From contig OZ025726.1 in the NCBI GenBank assembly GCA_964019335.1, positions 124,001-188,000 on the forward strand: a stretch of DNA of 64,000 bases. Reading direction: 5' to 3'. The stretch's first letter is position 1, and the number at the start of each line of letters is the position of its first letter. The stretch is from Diplonema japonicum. Lineage: Eukaryota; Protista; Euglenozoa: Diplonemea. This document shows, piece by piece, positions 12,354-24,497 of the stretch. The notes below the pieces were generated by a model. It worked only from the letters and a program-made list of their open reading frames with translations, did not search any database and was not told the DNA's origin. The position numbers and the translations under genes are program-made.

Positions 12354-14005
12354 TCATACCACAATGGAATGACCAGGCGCTGGGGTGTCGTTGGGTCTCG
12401 ATGGGAACCTCTCCGCTTTTGATGTCATCATGCCACCCCTCCCAGAAAGCGAAGAGACAGACCGGTCAGAAAAATGTGCCCCGGGCCCCGGGGTGCTGGA
12501 CGTGACCAAACCCCTCCCGCTTCTCGACCCAAAGCACGACGTAATAGCCTTAGACTCCCTATCACCTATACCAGGAACACTGTAAGTACCCGGCCCAGGT
12601 GTGTATGACCGTCGTGGCCCAGGACGTGATGACGTTCCCAACGAGGCACCTTTCACTGTAGCTTGTACAGGTTGTGCTGCGTAGGAACCCGGACCTGGTG
12701 TGTCCCCATGACGTGACACCAAACGGGGGCTTGTTGTAACAAAGGCTCCACCTTTTGATTTTCCACCAAAACTGCTTTCCGTGTAGTAAGATGTGTTGGC
12801 AGATGTGGGGTCGTCACGGAACCTAGCAGACGAGGATCTGAACGCACTTGTTGCGGGTGTGGTGGTGGTGTGGCATCCTGACACCGAATACGCGGTAGGG
12901 CCGGGGGAATGAGTCTGCCTCACCTTCGATCTGGGCGATCGTGGCATGGTGCATCCTCTTCTAGACAACGATGATGGGGCTTCATACGCACCTGGAGCAG
13001 GCACGTCATTCCCACGTACTGACATCCTATCGCATTTCGATTTAAAACTTGGCGTCCCAACCTGCCGTTTCACAGCAGCCTTTGTGAAGGATCCTGATAT
13101 TTCATGCGCGCCTGGTGCGGGCGTCATGGAATCTCTTGTAGAAAGTCTGGGTTGTGTACTGGAAAAAACCGCGGTGTGGCCGTAGGCCTCTGTTTCCGGG
13201 GCCGTTGCACTGTACGTTGTGGGAGATGGTGTGTGGGATTTTTGAACCTTCATTCTTGGCGACCTTGACCGGAAGGATGCCGTGGCGGATCTGTGCTCCG
13301 CAACGTTAGAAATGGTCTGGTCTGGCTGGTATCGGTTAGGTGCTGGTGTGTCTGCATGTCTCGATGCGTTTCTAGGTACTTGTGACGCGAAACCTGCTGA
13401 TCCAGCGGTGCTTGATGTTCTCCCTCCCCACTTCTGTTCTATATTGTACATGCTGTCGGTGGCTGTTCTTTTTGAGTTGTCTCGGCTTGAGTGCGTGTTT
13501 AGTATTAAGCCTCTTCCATGGCCTCCGACCTTTGGGTTGTATGTAGAAGGCCCTGGGGAGTGGACTTGCTTCACTTTGAAACGGGTGGTGTTCGATGCGA
13601 AAGAAGCGCTGCTTTTGTGGAATTTTCCGTTGCTTTTGAATGTCAGATCGACCTTTTTTTTTATTTATTTTCTTTTTTTTTTGTAGAGAATAAAAAAAAA
13701 AAAAAAAAGAAATCGATAAAGTTTCGGTTGCTGTCTGCTGCCTGCGGTGGCTGTTTTGGCGCACAGTCTGCATTGTTGTGACGGAGGTCTTGCTCTTACC
13801 CACGTACCATCGCAGGCCTGACGCTCCATTCGACTCTAGAAGCATCATGCTGTTTCCCAGTTTTGGTAGTACAAAACTGGTAGCTTTAGAATCGTTGGGG
13901 ACAAAAAAAAAAAAAAAAAAAAAAAAGAAGAAGAAGAAAAAATACCTCGCTTGCCAATTCTGCTGCTGTCACCCTTGACAGTTTTGATCTAGGCGACATC
14001 GACAT
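12354..14005 (-). CDS. Sperm-tail PG-rich repeat (STPG/SHIPPO-like) flagellar protein, 2 exons
   Basis: Repeated (S/T)PGPGxY and PAPGAY units; exon 1 13946-14005 splices in frame across intron 13653-13945. Confidence 0.85.
13868..13898 (-). other. Relic resembling the diplonemid spliced-leader exon, inside an intron
   Basis: Minus strand CCAACGATTCTAAAGCTACCAGTTTTGTACT versus the Diplonema SL as recalled from memory (AACCAACGATTTAAAAGCTACAGTTTCTGTACTTTATTG): 2 substitutions and 2 single-base indels. Confidence 0.65.
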
Positions 14006-15413
14006 TTTTTTTTTTGTCAAGGGGGGATTTAAAAAAAAAAAAAAATTAAATTGTGTACGGAATCCCCCACTCCTATTTTTTCTTTTTTTGTTTTTGTTTC
14101 AAAAAAGGTGAAATTTCTTACAGAATGGAAGGGGAGGGAAGGAGTTGCAAGGGGAAGAGGGCTAATAGGGCGAGAAAAAAAAAGAGAAAAAAAAAAGGTA
14201 TGGAAAAGGTGGGGGAAAAAAAAAAAAAGAAGAAGCAACACAAGGGGGTGAAAAGAGAGGAAGAAGGGAGGCAAAAAGTTTTTGAGAAGGTGAAGAAATA
14301 AGACAGGGGGAAAAAAAAAAAAGGAAGGTCTTCTTTTGGGAGCGGGTTGTCGGTTCTTTTTTTTTTCCTTCTTTTTTTCCCCCAAAAAAGTACTTATTCC
14401 TTCCCCCATTCCTGCTCTCATCCCGCCTTCACTCGACTAAATATGGAAAATAAAATAAAAAAATAAAAGAACATCCCCCCTTGGTTTCCTCCTCCGGATT
14501 TCCCTTTTGTTTTATTGAAAAATACTCGTAATAAGATTGGTACCATTTTTTTTTTTTTTTTTTTTTTTGGAAGATATAAAACTTGCAAGAGAAAGGGGGA
14601 AGGGGAGTGTTTTTTTTTTTTTTTTTGCATCCCCCTTTTTTTTTTCTTTTTTCTTTTCCCCTGCCCCCCCCCCCCGCCCCCCTCCTTTGCAACAAAATGC
14701 CAAATGGCAATTGCGATATAAAGAGAAAGAAGGGGGGGAAACTGCTGGTAGGGGAATAAAGATTGTATTTTGGGTTTAAAAAAAGGTGGGGGGTGTGTTC
14801 TTCTAGGAGAAAAAAAAGGGGGGGGGAATAAGTGGAAAAAAAAAATGCCTATCAGTTAAGACGGCACGTGTTAACCCCAATGGTAAAAAAAAAAAAAAGA
14901 AAAGAAAAAAAGAATGGGACCACCTCCCCAGTTGTATTTTGATCATCCCAGTTCCCTCCCCTTTTTCGGGGGGCGCCTTGTCATTGACCCACAAGCCCCC
15001 CCTCCCCTTGTTTTAAAAAAAGGGGTAAAAAAATTACAAATTGCAGGGAGGGAAACTAAAAAGAAAAATAAAAAAATAAAAAAAAAAAAAGAGGGAAAAC
15101 ACAAGTAAAGAAACAGGGGAGGGAAAAAAAAAATGAAAAGTAAGGGCACAAAGGGAATGAGAAAAAGAAGGGGAAAAAAAAAAAAAAAAGAAGAAATAAA
15201 GAGAACACCCAGCAGAGGGAAGGGGAGTATGTACTTAAAAAAAAAAAAAAAAAAAGAAGAAGGATAAAAAGGAAACATGGTTTCATTTTTTTTTTAAACT
15301 GTTGCTATCATATGCTACTAGTGCTTATACCTTTTTTTTTTTTTTTTTAATTTTAATAATTCACTTCGTTCAGGACATGTGAGTGAGTGTGATAAGTTAG
15401 CCCCGCAGCTGGG

Positions 15414-15444
<31 letters not shown>

Positions 15445-15878
15445 GCTGCTTAAGGGGCATTTGGTGCAGATTCGCCTTTTGTTAAAAAAAAAAAAAAAAA
15501 AAAAAAATAGAAAAGAGAAGGTATCTCTCCTCTCCCCGGTTTCCTTTCTTTGTTTTTTAGGATGGGGATCAAAATAAGCTAGTTTAGTTTCATTTGACGA
15601 AAAAAAAATTTTTTTTTTTAATTCTCTCTATTTTTCTTACTTTAGCACAGTTTTTCGCGCAACTTTTTCTTTTGTTTTTTTCTTCTTTTTTTAAAATGTT
15701 GAAACTTTCTTTTTTTTTTTTCCTTTTACACCCCCCTCTTTTTTTTTTATCCTCTTTTTTTTTCCTTTTGCCATCAAAAAGATAAACCTTTGGTTTTCTT
15801 TTTTTTTTTTTTCCTTTTTTTTTTTCTTCTCATTCTTTTTTCTCTATTGTCCCACTCACTTTTTTCTTCTTCCCTCGC

Positions 15879-15908
15879 TTAAAGCCCGCATGGCAACTTT
15901 TTGCCCAT

Positions 15909-15952
<44 letters not shown>

Positions 15953-16853
15953 CATCCCCTTTCACAAACACACCTTCATTGTCATGAAGACAGCAAGGAT
16001 CATTTGCACCAACCACATGCATACAAGGAAAACGAATCTTTTTTTTTTTTTTTTTTGTTCCCTCAACATACCCCCATGCATAGTAGAAGTGGTTTGAGTA
16101 TGCCTTGGTTTGTTCACAGCTGTTGAAAGACTGCATGCCACCTGCCCAGCAGGCCCTATTTATTTACATTGTATTGGCCAAATGTTTCATACCAGGCAAT
16201 CAGGATAAAGAGCCACAAAATATGGTTAAACAGGCACTGCACCTTGGCGAAGAAGGAGAATTTACCAGGGGACATCATTTCAAGAACCTCAAACACGATC
16301 ATTACAATGGAGAGCAGGATGCAGAGAATCCCAAAGGCACCAGTGGCCTTCCTGTGGCCGTCCCAGTCGCACCCGGCAGATGAAGAGCAAGTTTCAACAC
16401 CATTAGCCATGGCACAGATCTCCCATGCACCAGCGGAGATTTTGTGGGTCTGTGGGGTTTGGAAGAATAAAAAAAAAAAAAAAAAAAAAAAAATACCTTC
16501 CCAATCCCGAGGGACCTCGAGGGTATAATGGCCAGAAGGCAAATTAGCGTGGTGACCAGTCCTGTGAGCATTACCAAGTGAAACTTCTTGCTGACGAAGG
16601 AGTCGCCATCTGCGCCACCGCCGCCGCCGCCGCCACCGTAGTCGTTTCTCCCTCCCCTAGTCTCAAGCTCGTCATCGTCGTCGTCGACCTGCGGCTTGTC
16701 TTCGGAAACCTCATCCTCCTCCTTCTTCTTCTTGTCCTTTGTCTTCTTGTCCTTCGTGGGTTCCTCCTCCTCGTCCTGAGTTTGTGAGTTATGTGTATGG
16801 TGTCATACCCTCTGCTCCTCGTACTCGGCCTCCGATGCAACTGACGCGGGCAT
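15879..16853 (-). CDS. Tetraspan membrane protein (amastin/claudin-like), 6 exons
   Basis: Introns 16776-16808, 16450-16496, 16156-16192, 16038-16071, 15912-15973 give 254 codons; four hydrophobic segments and a GAWEIC...C...C loop. Confidence 0.8.
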
Positions 16854-17068
16854 TTTTTTTTTGTTCTTTTTTTTTTTTTTTTTTTTTTTAAAAGGTCCTC
16901 CTAAGAAAAATATAATAAGTTGAACAGTTTTTTTTTAAAGTAAAAAAAAAAAAAAAAATAGGGGGAATGGACACAATTTTGATTTTTTTCAATGGGGGGG
17001 GGAGAAGGGGGTGAATGGGACAGATGAGACCACCAAAAACAAAAAAAAAAAAAAAAAAAAAAAAACAT

Positions 17069-17787
17069 CTACTGCTTCTTCCGCTTTTTACCTGCGGCCC
17101 CGCGGTCGGACGTGAATTTACGCTTTTTCTGGGGTTTCCCGCCGCCCTTCCCGCCTTGAGTGACTTCGCCGGTGAAGAAATTTTCTTTGACATTGCGCTT
17201 TGCTTTTTCCTCTCTTTCATCGACATTAGTGTTTGTGTACCTGCTGCCTTGACTGGGTTTTTTCACGGGGGCGACAGCAGCGCTGCTTGAAGAAGTTTCC
17301 GCTTTGGGAACAACGTCACCGAATTTCTTTCTCCCCATAGCGTGATAGGCAAGAGGGAAGTCGTCGGACACTATAACTCTGATGTTGTTGTTGAGGCCGC
17401 CGGACTTCATTTTCTTGCTCTCAAGGTCGCGCTCTTCCTTTTCGCGAAGTGCCTGCGTCTGCACCTCCATCCGCTTGGTTTGCTCCTCCTTGCGCTTCAT
17501 AAATTTCATAGATTTTATGCGGTCGGAAACTGCTCTCTTAGGCTGTGGAGAAATGGTGGGGAAAAAAAAAAAAATAAAAACATACCAGAACGGGAAGCAC
17601 ACCGGGGCCTTCAACGTTCTTTGCCCGCAGTTCGCCTTCAATATCTTCAATCTCGTACGTTACTCTGGACCCGACGCTGAGAGAGTACTGCGTGGATTTT
17701 ACTATTATGTTGGAACTTCCGGTGTCCCAGGAGAGAACACCTTCGGAGTTTGCCGCGGACCACTTGAGAACGGTACCGTGTTTGACA

Positions 17788-17823
<36 letters not shown>

Positions 17824-20651
17824 CCATAACACTCCAAGGCGCAAATATTTGTCGTTTTGAAAAATCGTTTTTTTCTCTAAGTACTTTTTCGTCCCCACGA
17901 CCCCTGGATCTCCAAGCACGACTACAGTGAGGAGTTATTTTCAACTGCAATTAATGCTGCGCTGCATCACTTTACCTTGTTATCCACCCACCAAGTGGGT
18001 CCCAAATCCGAGTAGATAGGCTAAAAACGCAAAATAACGGGTGTGCATACTGTGCTCAAATTGTTCCCAAAAAACGCAAAGGTAAAGCCAAAACAGCTAC
18101 GGACGAGGTCCAACCTTCATGGGTAAGGGAGTTGGTACCCATAGAGACCATAAAATAGGCCAGTGGGGAGAAAAAAAGCTGTCCCGTGGTACGCAGAAAC
18201 TTGACGACGCAAAATGGTTATTCCTTCGGTTTTTTTATAAGAAGCTAACAGACGTCATCCAAGAAGAGACAAACAGGCAAAAGGACGCTGAGATTGATAA
18301 AATTTCGACCCAGGACTCCACCGCTTACTCGGATTGAGCATTGCGATGGGTTTACGGCGTGCCCAGAATCAGCAGTCGTATTGGTCCACAGGACCCATGA
18401 AAATCCCCCTTTTCAGTAACACGATGCCCAGGAGACGCTACTGGGAAATCAAAAGTAGCCTCCGCTTCACTCACACAGAAGAGTCAAACGGTGATGTGTT
18501 GTGAAGATACGAGGGTTTCTGGACAGAATTGGTGACAAGTGGGCAAAAGCAGCAGTGTCAGGAAAATATTTAAGCATTGACGAGACACTCGTACCTTCAC
18601 GGGGCAATTGGGGGCTGCGGGTCTACTGTCCTTTCAAGCGTAAAAGATATGGCATAAAAATCTACTGCCTAAACTGCGCGAGCACGGGTTATCTTTTGCG
18701 TTTCACATCCACCAAAATCGAGGGGCACGCACTTGAAGACTTCAGTGTTGTGGAAAAAGCGGGGCTGGGGTTAACAGAGCCTTTCCGGGGAAATGACAAC
18801 ACGGTAGTTTGCGATAGCTACTTTTCGACTGTGGGTCTGGCCGAAGCCCTGCTGTGAGGGGCTTGCATTTCGTTGGGTGTTGCGGACTCTTCTGGTGGGC
18901 CCTAGAAGTGACAATAGTTAACTGCCATGCACTTCAAATAAAATATGGTTCAGGGATGCCAAAGAGATACACAACCCTGGCTGCTTTAAAGAGCGCTTTC
19001 GAGAGAGCCTAATTGATGGGTCCAACGTTGCAAAAACACCACTCCCGGCACCCAACTAGTGGTGCACACACACCCGATACCCCAGATTACACCAAACGTG
19101 ACCGCTAGCCACTCAAAGGGGGCACCTCCAGGGTCTGCAGGTTGAAAGAATGCACAAAACGCACAATCTACAAATGCTACACCTGAAACCAACACCTCTG
19201 TCCAAATAAGTGCTTTTTTCGTACCACTCTTCCATCACCCCAAAAAGGCCTCTTGACGATTTCGAGGCCGATATTCCACCCGCAAATAGGCACTTCTCTC
19301 GGTCTGAGACATCTGAGGGGTCCTGATGCTGCCTTTTTTGTCCCAGGATGCTCAATTTACACCCCCCCGTGCACAACCCATTTTGACATGGTCGTTTTTG
19401 AGCACCCTACGGCCATTCAACTCTTCATCCCCTTTGTATTTTTATTAATTTTTGAACTTTCTTTTTAATTTTCCTGGCCCAAAAAACCCGTTTTACCTGC
19501 AAACGGGGGTTGAATGCTGCCATTTTTCCCCTCAGATTATGAAAAGGAGCAAAAAAGGGACCCCTATGTAGATAGGCCCCGGAGTGTTATGGGTTAATTT
19601 AATTCTGAGCAGCTCTCTCAAAGAATTTAGGCCGGAAGATATAAATCAGGTTTCACGTGGGCGTGAAATAAAGTATCTGATTTTTTCCCTCATGTTTTTA
19701 AGCCAAAACGTTGCTGATTTTGCTGGGCGTGAAAATCAGGTACTTTATTTCACGCCCACAGTCATTTCTAGCAAAATGGGAAGAAAACCGAAGGCGACCG
19801 GGAAGCGAGCCAAGGGCATCAGCCTCGAGAAAGAGGCCAAAGCTGTGATGGAAGACACGCTTCCAACGGCAAGCAAAATAGCCTACAAGAAGGAGTGGGA
19901 GAGGTTTTGCACCTACCACTCGATCAAACCCACGCCCCTTCAGCCCTGCCCCCTTCGACACAGCCCACTTCTTCAGCAGTGCACAGAATCACGTTTGACA
20001 TAAACGTCAACATCAATTCGCCGAATTGATCATACCAAACCCAGTACCGTGTTCAGTAAAGACTCGCGCATTGCGCCGCTACAAGCAAGCAGCAGCGAAG
20101 CCACACTTAGCACCTAAATTCAAAAAAAAAAAAAACATCACACCAAGGATTGTTTCAGGTTCCTCTTCTACCAAGTCCCCCGTGTCCACCACAGCTTCGC
20201 CTTGCACATTGACAGCTCGTTTTTCACCGTTTTCGTCTAGTTCCACATCGAAGGTGACGGTGGCGCCCTTCACAAGGCTTCCCCCGTTTACTACAGCCCA
20301 TCTTGCAACATTGATATGGCTTTTCCCGTGTTCGATTGTTCCTTTCCCGATGAGGTCGTTCCACCTTTCGACCGTTCCTACTAGCTTTCCGTCTTCGGTT
20401 TTTTTTGCTTCTCTAGAGGCGATTTTTGCCTCACCCGCCTTGCCTTTCTCTGCCACGCCGACGCCGTGTACGCCCGCGGCTGTCTTTCTACCCCGTTTGT
20501 CTTCTTTTATGCTGAACTGTACCTCCGCGCCAACCACCAGGCTGCCGTCACCGCACTCCCTTCGAACAACGAAGAGGTCCTCCCCTTTCGAGGTTGTAAG
20601 GAACCCCGCCCCTCGTGCTTCGTCCCATTTTCTTACCCTTCCGGTTTCCAT
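17069..20651 (-). CDS. Protein with three cold-shock (OB-fold) domains and an MPP6-like C-terminus, 3 exons (20144-20651, 17586-17788, 17069-17542)
   Basis: Three GxVxxW...G...V.F/Y.I/V...A..V units, then SDRIKSMKFMKR and MGRKKFG. Spliced length 1185 nt, in frame across a 2355-nt intron. Confidence 0.78.
17823..19593 (+). mobile_element. Decayed piggyBac DNA transposon (intronic)
   Basis: 13-bp TIRs CCCATAACACTCC and GGAGTGTTATGGG, followed by TTAA at 19594-19597; contains transposase remnants. Confidence 0.9.
18119..19210 (+). pseudogene. piggyBac transposase pseudogene
   Basis: SIDETLVPSRG, YCPFKRKRYGIKIY, VVCDSYFST motifs and a Cys-rich tail (CRLKEC..IYKC..HLC); frameshifts, stops and an apparent internal deletion. 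Confidence 0.85.
19599..20121 (+). mobile_element. Non-autonomous Crypton-like element, copy 1 (right end truncated, intronic)
   Basis: Nearly identical to 25329-25873; carries a 75-aa ORF at 19776-20003. Confidence 0.7.
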
Positions 20652-20810
20652 TTTTTTTTTTTTTTTTCAATGCGCACTTTTTTTTTTTTTTTTTTGTATT
20701 TTATTATGAAATGGGAAAAAAAGAAAGAAAGAAAAACAGTAAATTTACATCCAGGTGGGGGGGTTTTTTTTTTGGTTTTTATACACGGGAAAAAAAGGGG
20801 GGGGGTAAGA

Positions 20811-21185
20811 TCAGTCTTTTCTCTTTCCTTTCTTTCCCTTCTTCTTCGCCTCCATCTCTTCCAGCTCTTTTGCGCGTTCCTCGTCTTCTTTGCGCTGGCG
20901 GGCTTCTTCTTCCCGCTGTCTCTCCTCCTCTTCTTTCCTGCGCTGCTCCACCACTTCACGGCGTACCCTCTCACGCTCCTTGTGGATCCGCCGGATTTCT
21001 TCTTTGTGTTTCTTCTTCTCCTCTTCGAGTGCTGACTCGAACTTGGAGACCTTCTCCTGCTGGCTGGCAATCTCGGCATCACGCTTCCTGCAGGGGGTGA
21101 AGGGTATGGGGGGGACATACTGATACTCCTTTGGGTCAAACAGGAAAGCAACGTTGCGGTTTACATAGTCAACTGGTTTTCGACC

Positions 21186-21220
<35 letters not shown>

Positions 21221-22098
21221 TACTTAGCCCTTCCAGGGAGCTCATTCGTGGCGGAATGGTCGGCGCCCTGCCGAAGCAGCTCGAGGATGAGGTCCTCCCA
21301 TTCTTGCGAATCAGCCTTGAAGGCCATGGCCGCCACGTGCAAAGGGGTGTTCCCGTCCTCGTTGGGTTTGTTGATCTCCGCACCTCGAGAGATGAGCTCT
21401 GTGACCATGTCGTGGAGGCACCTTGTGACCGCATAGTGAAGTAGTGTGTTGCCGGATTTGTCGCCTGCGTTGATGTCAAAATTCTGCTTCTCGCCAACAT
21501 CGAGGAGCTTCTTCACGTAGGACAGACGGTTCATCTTGACGGCGATGTGGATGGCCGTGCACTCCTGTGCGTCGCGCACGTCCACATTCGCATCATGCTT
21601 CAGGAGGAGGTCGAAAACACGTTCATTCCCATCATACGCACATTTATGTATAGGATAGCACCCTGCGCCGTCTACAAGGTTCACGTCGATGTCTTCTTGT
21701 TTCAAGAGGACTTCCATGACTTCTAGTGAGCCGCATGCGCAGGCTGTGTGGAATGCAGTGCTTCCTACTTCGTTTGCCGCCAGGGGGTCGGATCCTTTTT
21801 CTAGTAAGATGTTTACGCATTGGACGTGGTTGCGTTTTGCGGCCTCGTGGAGTGCTGTTTTCCCCAGCCCGTTCTTTGCGTCCACCTTGCCGCCAAGCTC
21901 GCCCAGGACGTACAGGAGGACGGCGGGGTTAGCCGCCAACGCCTTGTGCAGGAGGGTGTCCCCGTTGGCGTCCACACACTTCGAGAAGTTCTCCGCGTCC
22001 TCCATGAACTCCGCCTTCCGCTTCTCCAAGGTATCCATGTCCTGCTTCTCCGCCGCGCTCAGCATCGTGTCGAACAGTTCCTTCGTCCCGAGAGGCAT
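20811..22098 (-). CDS. Ankyrin-repeat protein with charged coiled-coil tail, 3 exons
   Basis: Repeated GxTxLHxA motifs; introns 21187-21223 and 21088-21120 give 406 codons. Confidence 0.9.
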
Positions 22099-22234
22099 TG
22101 TCTTCTCCCCAGATTTTTTTTTCTTTTTTTTTTCTTGTATTCTGACAGGGTAATTTGAAACGAGGGACCGAAAAATCTTTTTCCTTTTGAGTTAGACAGG
22201 CGTTAAAAAAAAAAATGTGGGAGGGGGGGATGAA

Positions 22235-23248
22235 TTATATGCCTTCACAGTCCTTGCGCATCGTCTCGCTGACGCTGAGCTTGCTCTGCAACGTGCTCCT
22301 TGCCGCGTGTGTGCCCAGGACAAGCGATTCTTTCATCCCGAGCCCGCGAGTCAACCCCGCGATGAGGCCTGCTGTGAGAGAATCCCCCGCACCCGTCACA
22401 TCGATGATGTCGCTCACAGGAACAGCTGGGACCGTGAACACAGAGGACGTCAAGCGGAAAGAAGCCCACTTCTGTGATTTACAAGGGTTCCCGAGAGGAC
22501 GAGGGGATGTGTAGCATGCAACCCCGTCCTTGCCCAATGTCACCACCACGGCAAGGAGGTCCGTCTTGCTGAGAACATACTCAGCTGATTCGCGAAGGGA
22601 AGGTGCTGTAGAAGGCCCGCAAAGACCTTTATAAATCTCGGAAAGCTCAAGATCGTTAGGAGTGATGATGTCGACAAGACTGAGATCGGGAAGGATCTTG
22701 GTACTTTTGGGGACGGACGTGGGTTCGAAAACGACAACAACGTTTTTAGGAACGGACGCAAGGCTGTGGTGGAGTGTCGAAACAGGGAGGTTTCCATCGA
22801 GACACAGAACCTTCAAAGAACGCGGGAAAGCGGGTACGAGCGACGGTGTGATGGTTTCAAAAATTGCCATGTCGGCTACTGCTGTAATGAGCCCGCCGTC
22901 CTTGGCGAGGATGCACTGATATGTAGCAGTGTTCATGTTTTTGATTTTGTGGACATTTGTGGTGTCCACACCCGCTGCCTTTAGTCGTCGGTCAAGGTCT
23001 TCCCCACGGTCATCGGCTCCCACGCTGCTCACCATGCCGCATTTCACACCTAGTCTCCCAATGCCTTCTACAATGTTTCTTCCAACGCCGCCGGGCTTCA
23101 CCCACACTTCCCCCCCTCGTGAGGTATACATGCTTTCTTGTTCGCTGCTGTCTGTCTTCCCCACGATGTCCACCACCATGCCCCCCATCACGATAACCTC
23201 GATGCCTTCCGGGCGGGCTGCTTTAGCAATCGTTTCCAAACGTTGCAT
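22235..23248 (-). CDS. PfkB-family kinase, probably pseudouridine kinase
   Basis: PGGVGRN, TPNDLEL, VTLGKDG, DVTGAGDS motifs. Confidence 0.85.
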   Translation of the reverse strand: MQRLETIAKAARPEGIEVIVMGGMVVDIVGKTDSSEQESMYTSRGGEVWVKPGGVGRNIVEGIGRLGVKCGMVSSVGADDRGEDLDRRLKAAGVDTTNVHKIKNMNTATYQCILAKDGGLITAVADMAIFETITPSLVPAFPRSLKVLCLDGNLPVSTLHHSLASVPKNVVVVFEPTSVPKSTKILPDLSLVDIITPNDLELSEIYKGLCGPSTAPSLRESAEYVLSKTDLLAVVVTLGKDGVACYTSPRPLGNPCKSQKWASFRLTSSVFTVPAVPVSDIIDVTGAGDSLTAGLIAGLTRGLGMKESLVLGTHAARSTLQSKLSVSETMRKDCEGI

Positions 23249-23651
23249 TTTTTTTTTTTTTTTTTTTTTTGTATCCAGTATGCACCTCTACTTTTTTTTT
23301 TCCCGTAAAAAAAAAAGTTCGCGGGGGAACGTAAAGAAGAATATAAAAAAAAAAGGAATCCCTTTTGTCTACTTTTTTTTTTTTTTAAAATAAAAATATT
23401 GTATTGTTCTTTCTCCTTTCCGTCTGTGTTCTTTTTTTTTTCCTTCTTCTTTTCCAGCAACACTACAGAAAAAAAAGAAAGAAAAAAATGGGGGGAAATA
23501 ACAAAAAAGGGGGACATCGACAAAAATCGTACAAAAAAAAGGGGGGGGAGGGGGAGCGGCGGGAGTGTTGACAATGTTAACAGCAAAATCAAACATATAC
23601 CATCTATTTTTTTTTTATTTCTTTCTTTTTTTCCCCCCCCCCCGTTTCATG

Positions 23652-24497
23652 CTAGGGAGCACCGGGACCGAAGGGGTAATAACAATTGCTGGACAGCCTG
23701 GCGAGGTTGTCGTGCAGCGCGCGCTCCTTGTGGTTTTTCTGCAAAGTGCCCCAATGCCTGAATATGTCGAGATACGTGCTCGGCCCAGCTGCATGGGAAA
23801 CCTGACCGCGACCTCCTCCCATGACGGGTTTCTTACCCCGCTTGCACAATCTTCTTTGCTGCAACGAAACGTTTATGCGGCGAATCTGGTGTGAAATATC
23901 AGCTTCGGCAGAGTCTCCTGAACTGGAGTAAGAATCCCCTTCACAAGCTGTGTCAATGAGAAGGGATGGTTTTTTAGGACCGAGAGAGCTGAAATCGGGA
24001 ATTTCCGTGGCTCGTCCCAAAGCGGTATCGGCTAAGTAACGAATATACGCGCGTTTCATGGACAGATAAGAATCATGCTCCTGCCGTGTTCTGTCGTAGT
24101 TTGTTTGTGATCGATCCGTGATCCAATCAGTTGTGATGGTCCGCTCGGCTTCTTGAATGACTTTGGGAGTTGGGTGTTCCTCCGATACTTCCCTTATTGG
24201 GAAGGTCTCTACGCTGCTGGCAGCGTCATCGTCGTCACCTTCAAAACTAATATCCTCTGCTCCCTCTGGCGCTCCTATAGGGCTGTGAACCGGGGTGAAA
24301 TTTATCGGGCTTGTCATTTGCTCTGCCGTTCTCGTTGCTGCTGCTTTGGACGGTGACACAGCACTCCCTGCTTGCGTTTCATGGAGATGTACCGTGCCCT
24401 TTTTTTGCATAGATTGAACCTTTAACGCTGATAGGAGGTCGTGGGACCTGCGGAGTACGTCGCTTAGCTGCGATTTTCCTGGTTCTTTTTCGTCCAT
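23652..24497 (-). CDS. Hypothetical protein
   Basis: ORF from MDEKEP after an A-run; no recognised domain. Confidence 0.7.
   Translation of the reverse strand: MDEKEPGKSQLSDVLRRSHDLLSALKVQSMQKKGTVHLHETQAGSAVSPSKAAATRTAEQMTSPINFTPVHSPIGAPEGAEDISFEGDDDDAASSVETFPIREVSEEHPTPKVIQEAERTITTDWITDRSQTNYDRTRQEHDSYLSMKRAYIRYLADTALGRATEIPDFSSLGPKKPSLLIDTACEGDSYSSSGDSAEADISHQIRRINVSLQQRRLCKRGKKPVMGGGRGQVSHAAGPSTYLDIFRHWGTLQKNHKERALHDNLARLSSNCYYPFGPGAP

Noticed and set aside
23216-23242. PTS2 peroxisome/glycosome signal in the PfkB kinase (RLETIAKAA)
   Set aside because: Lacks the required H/Q at position 8.
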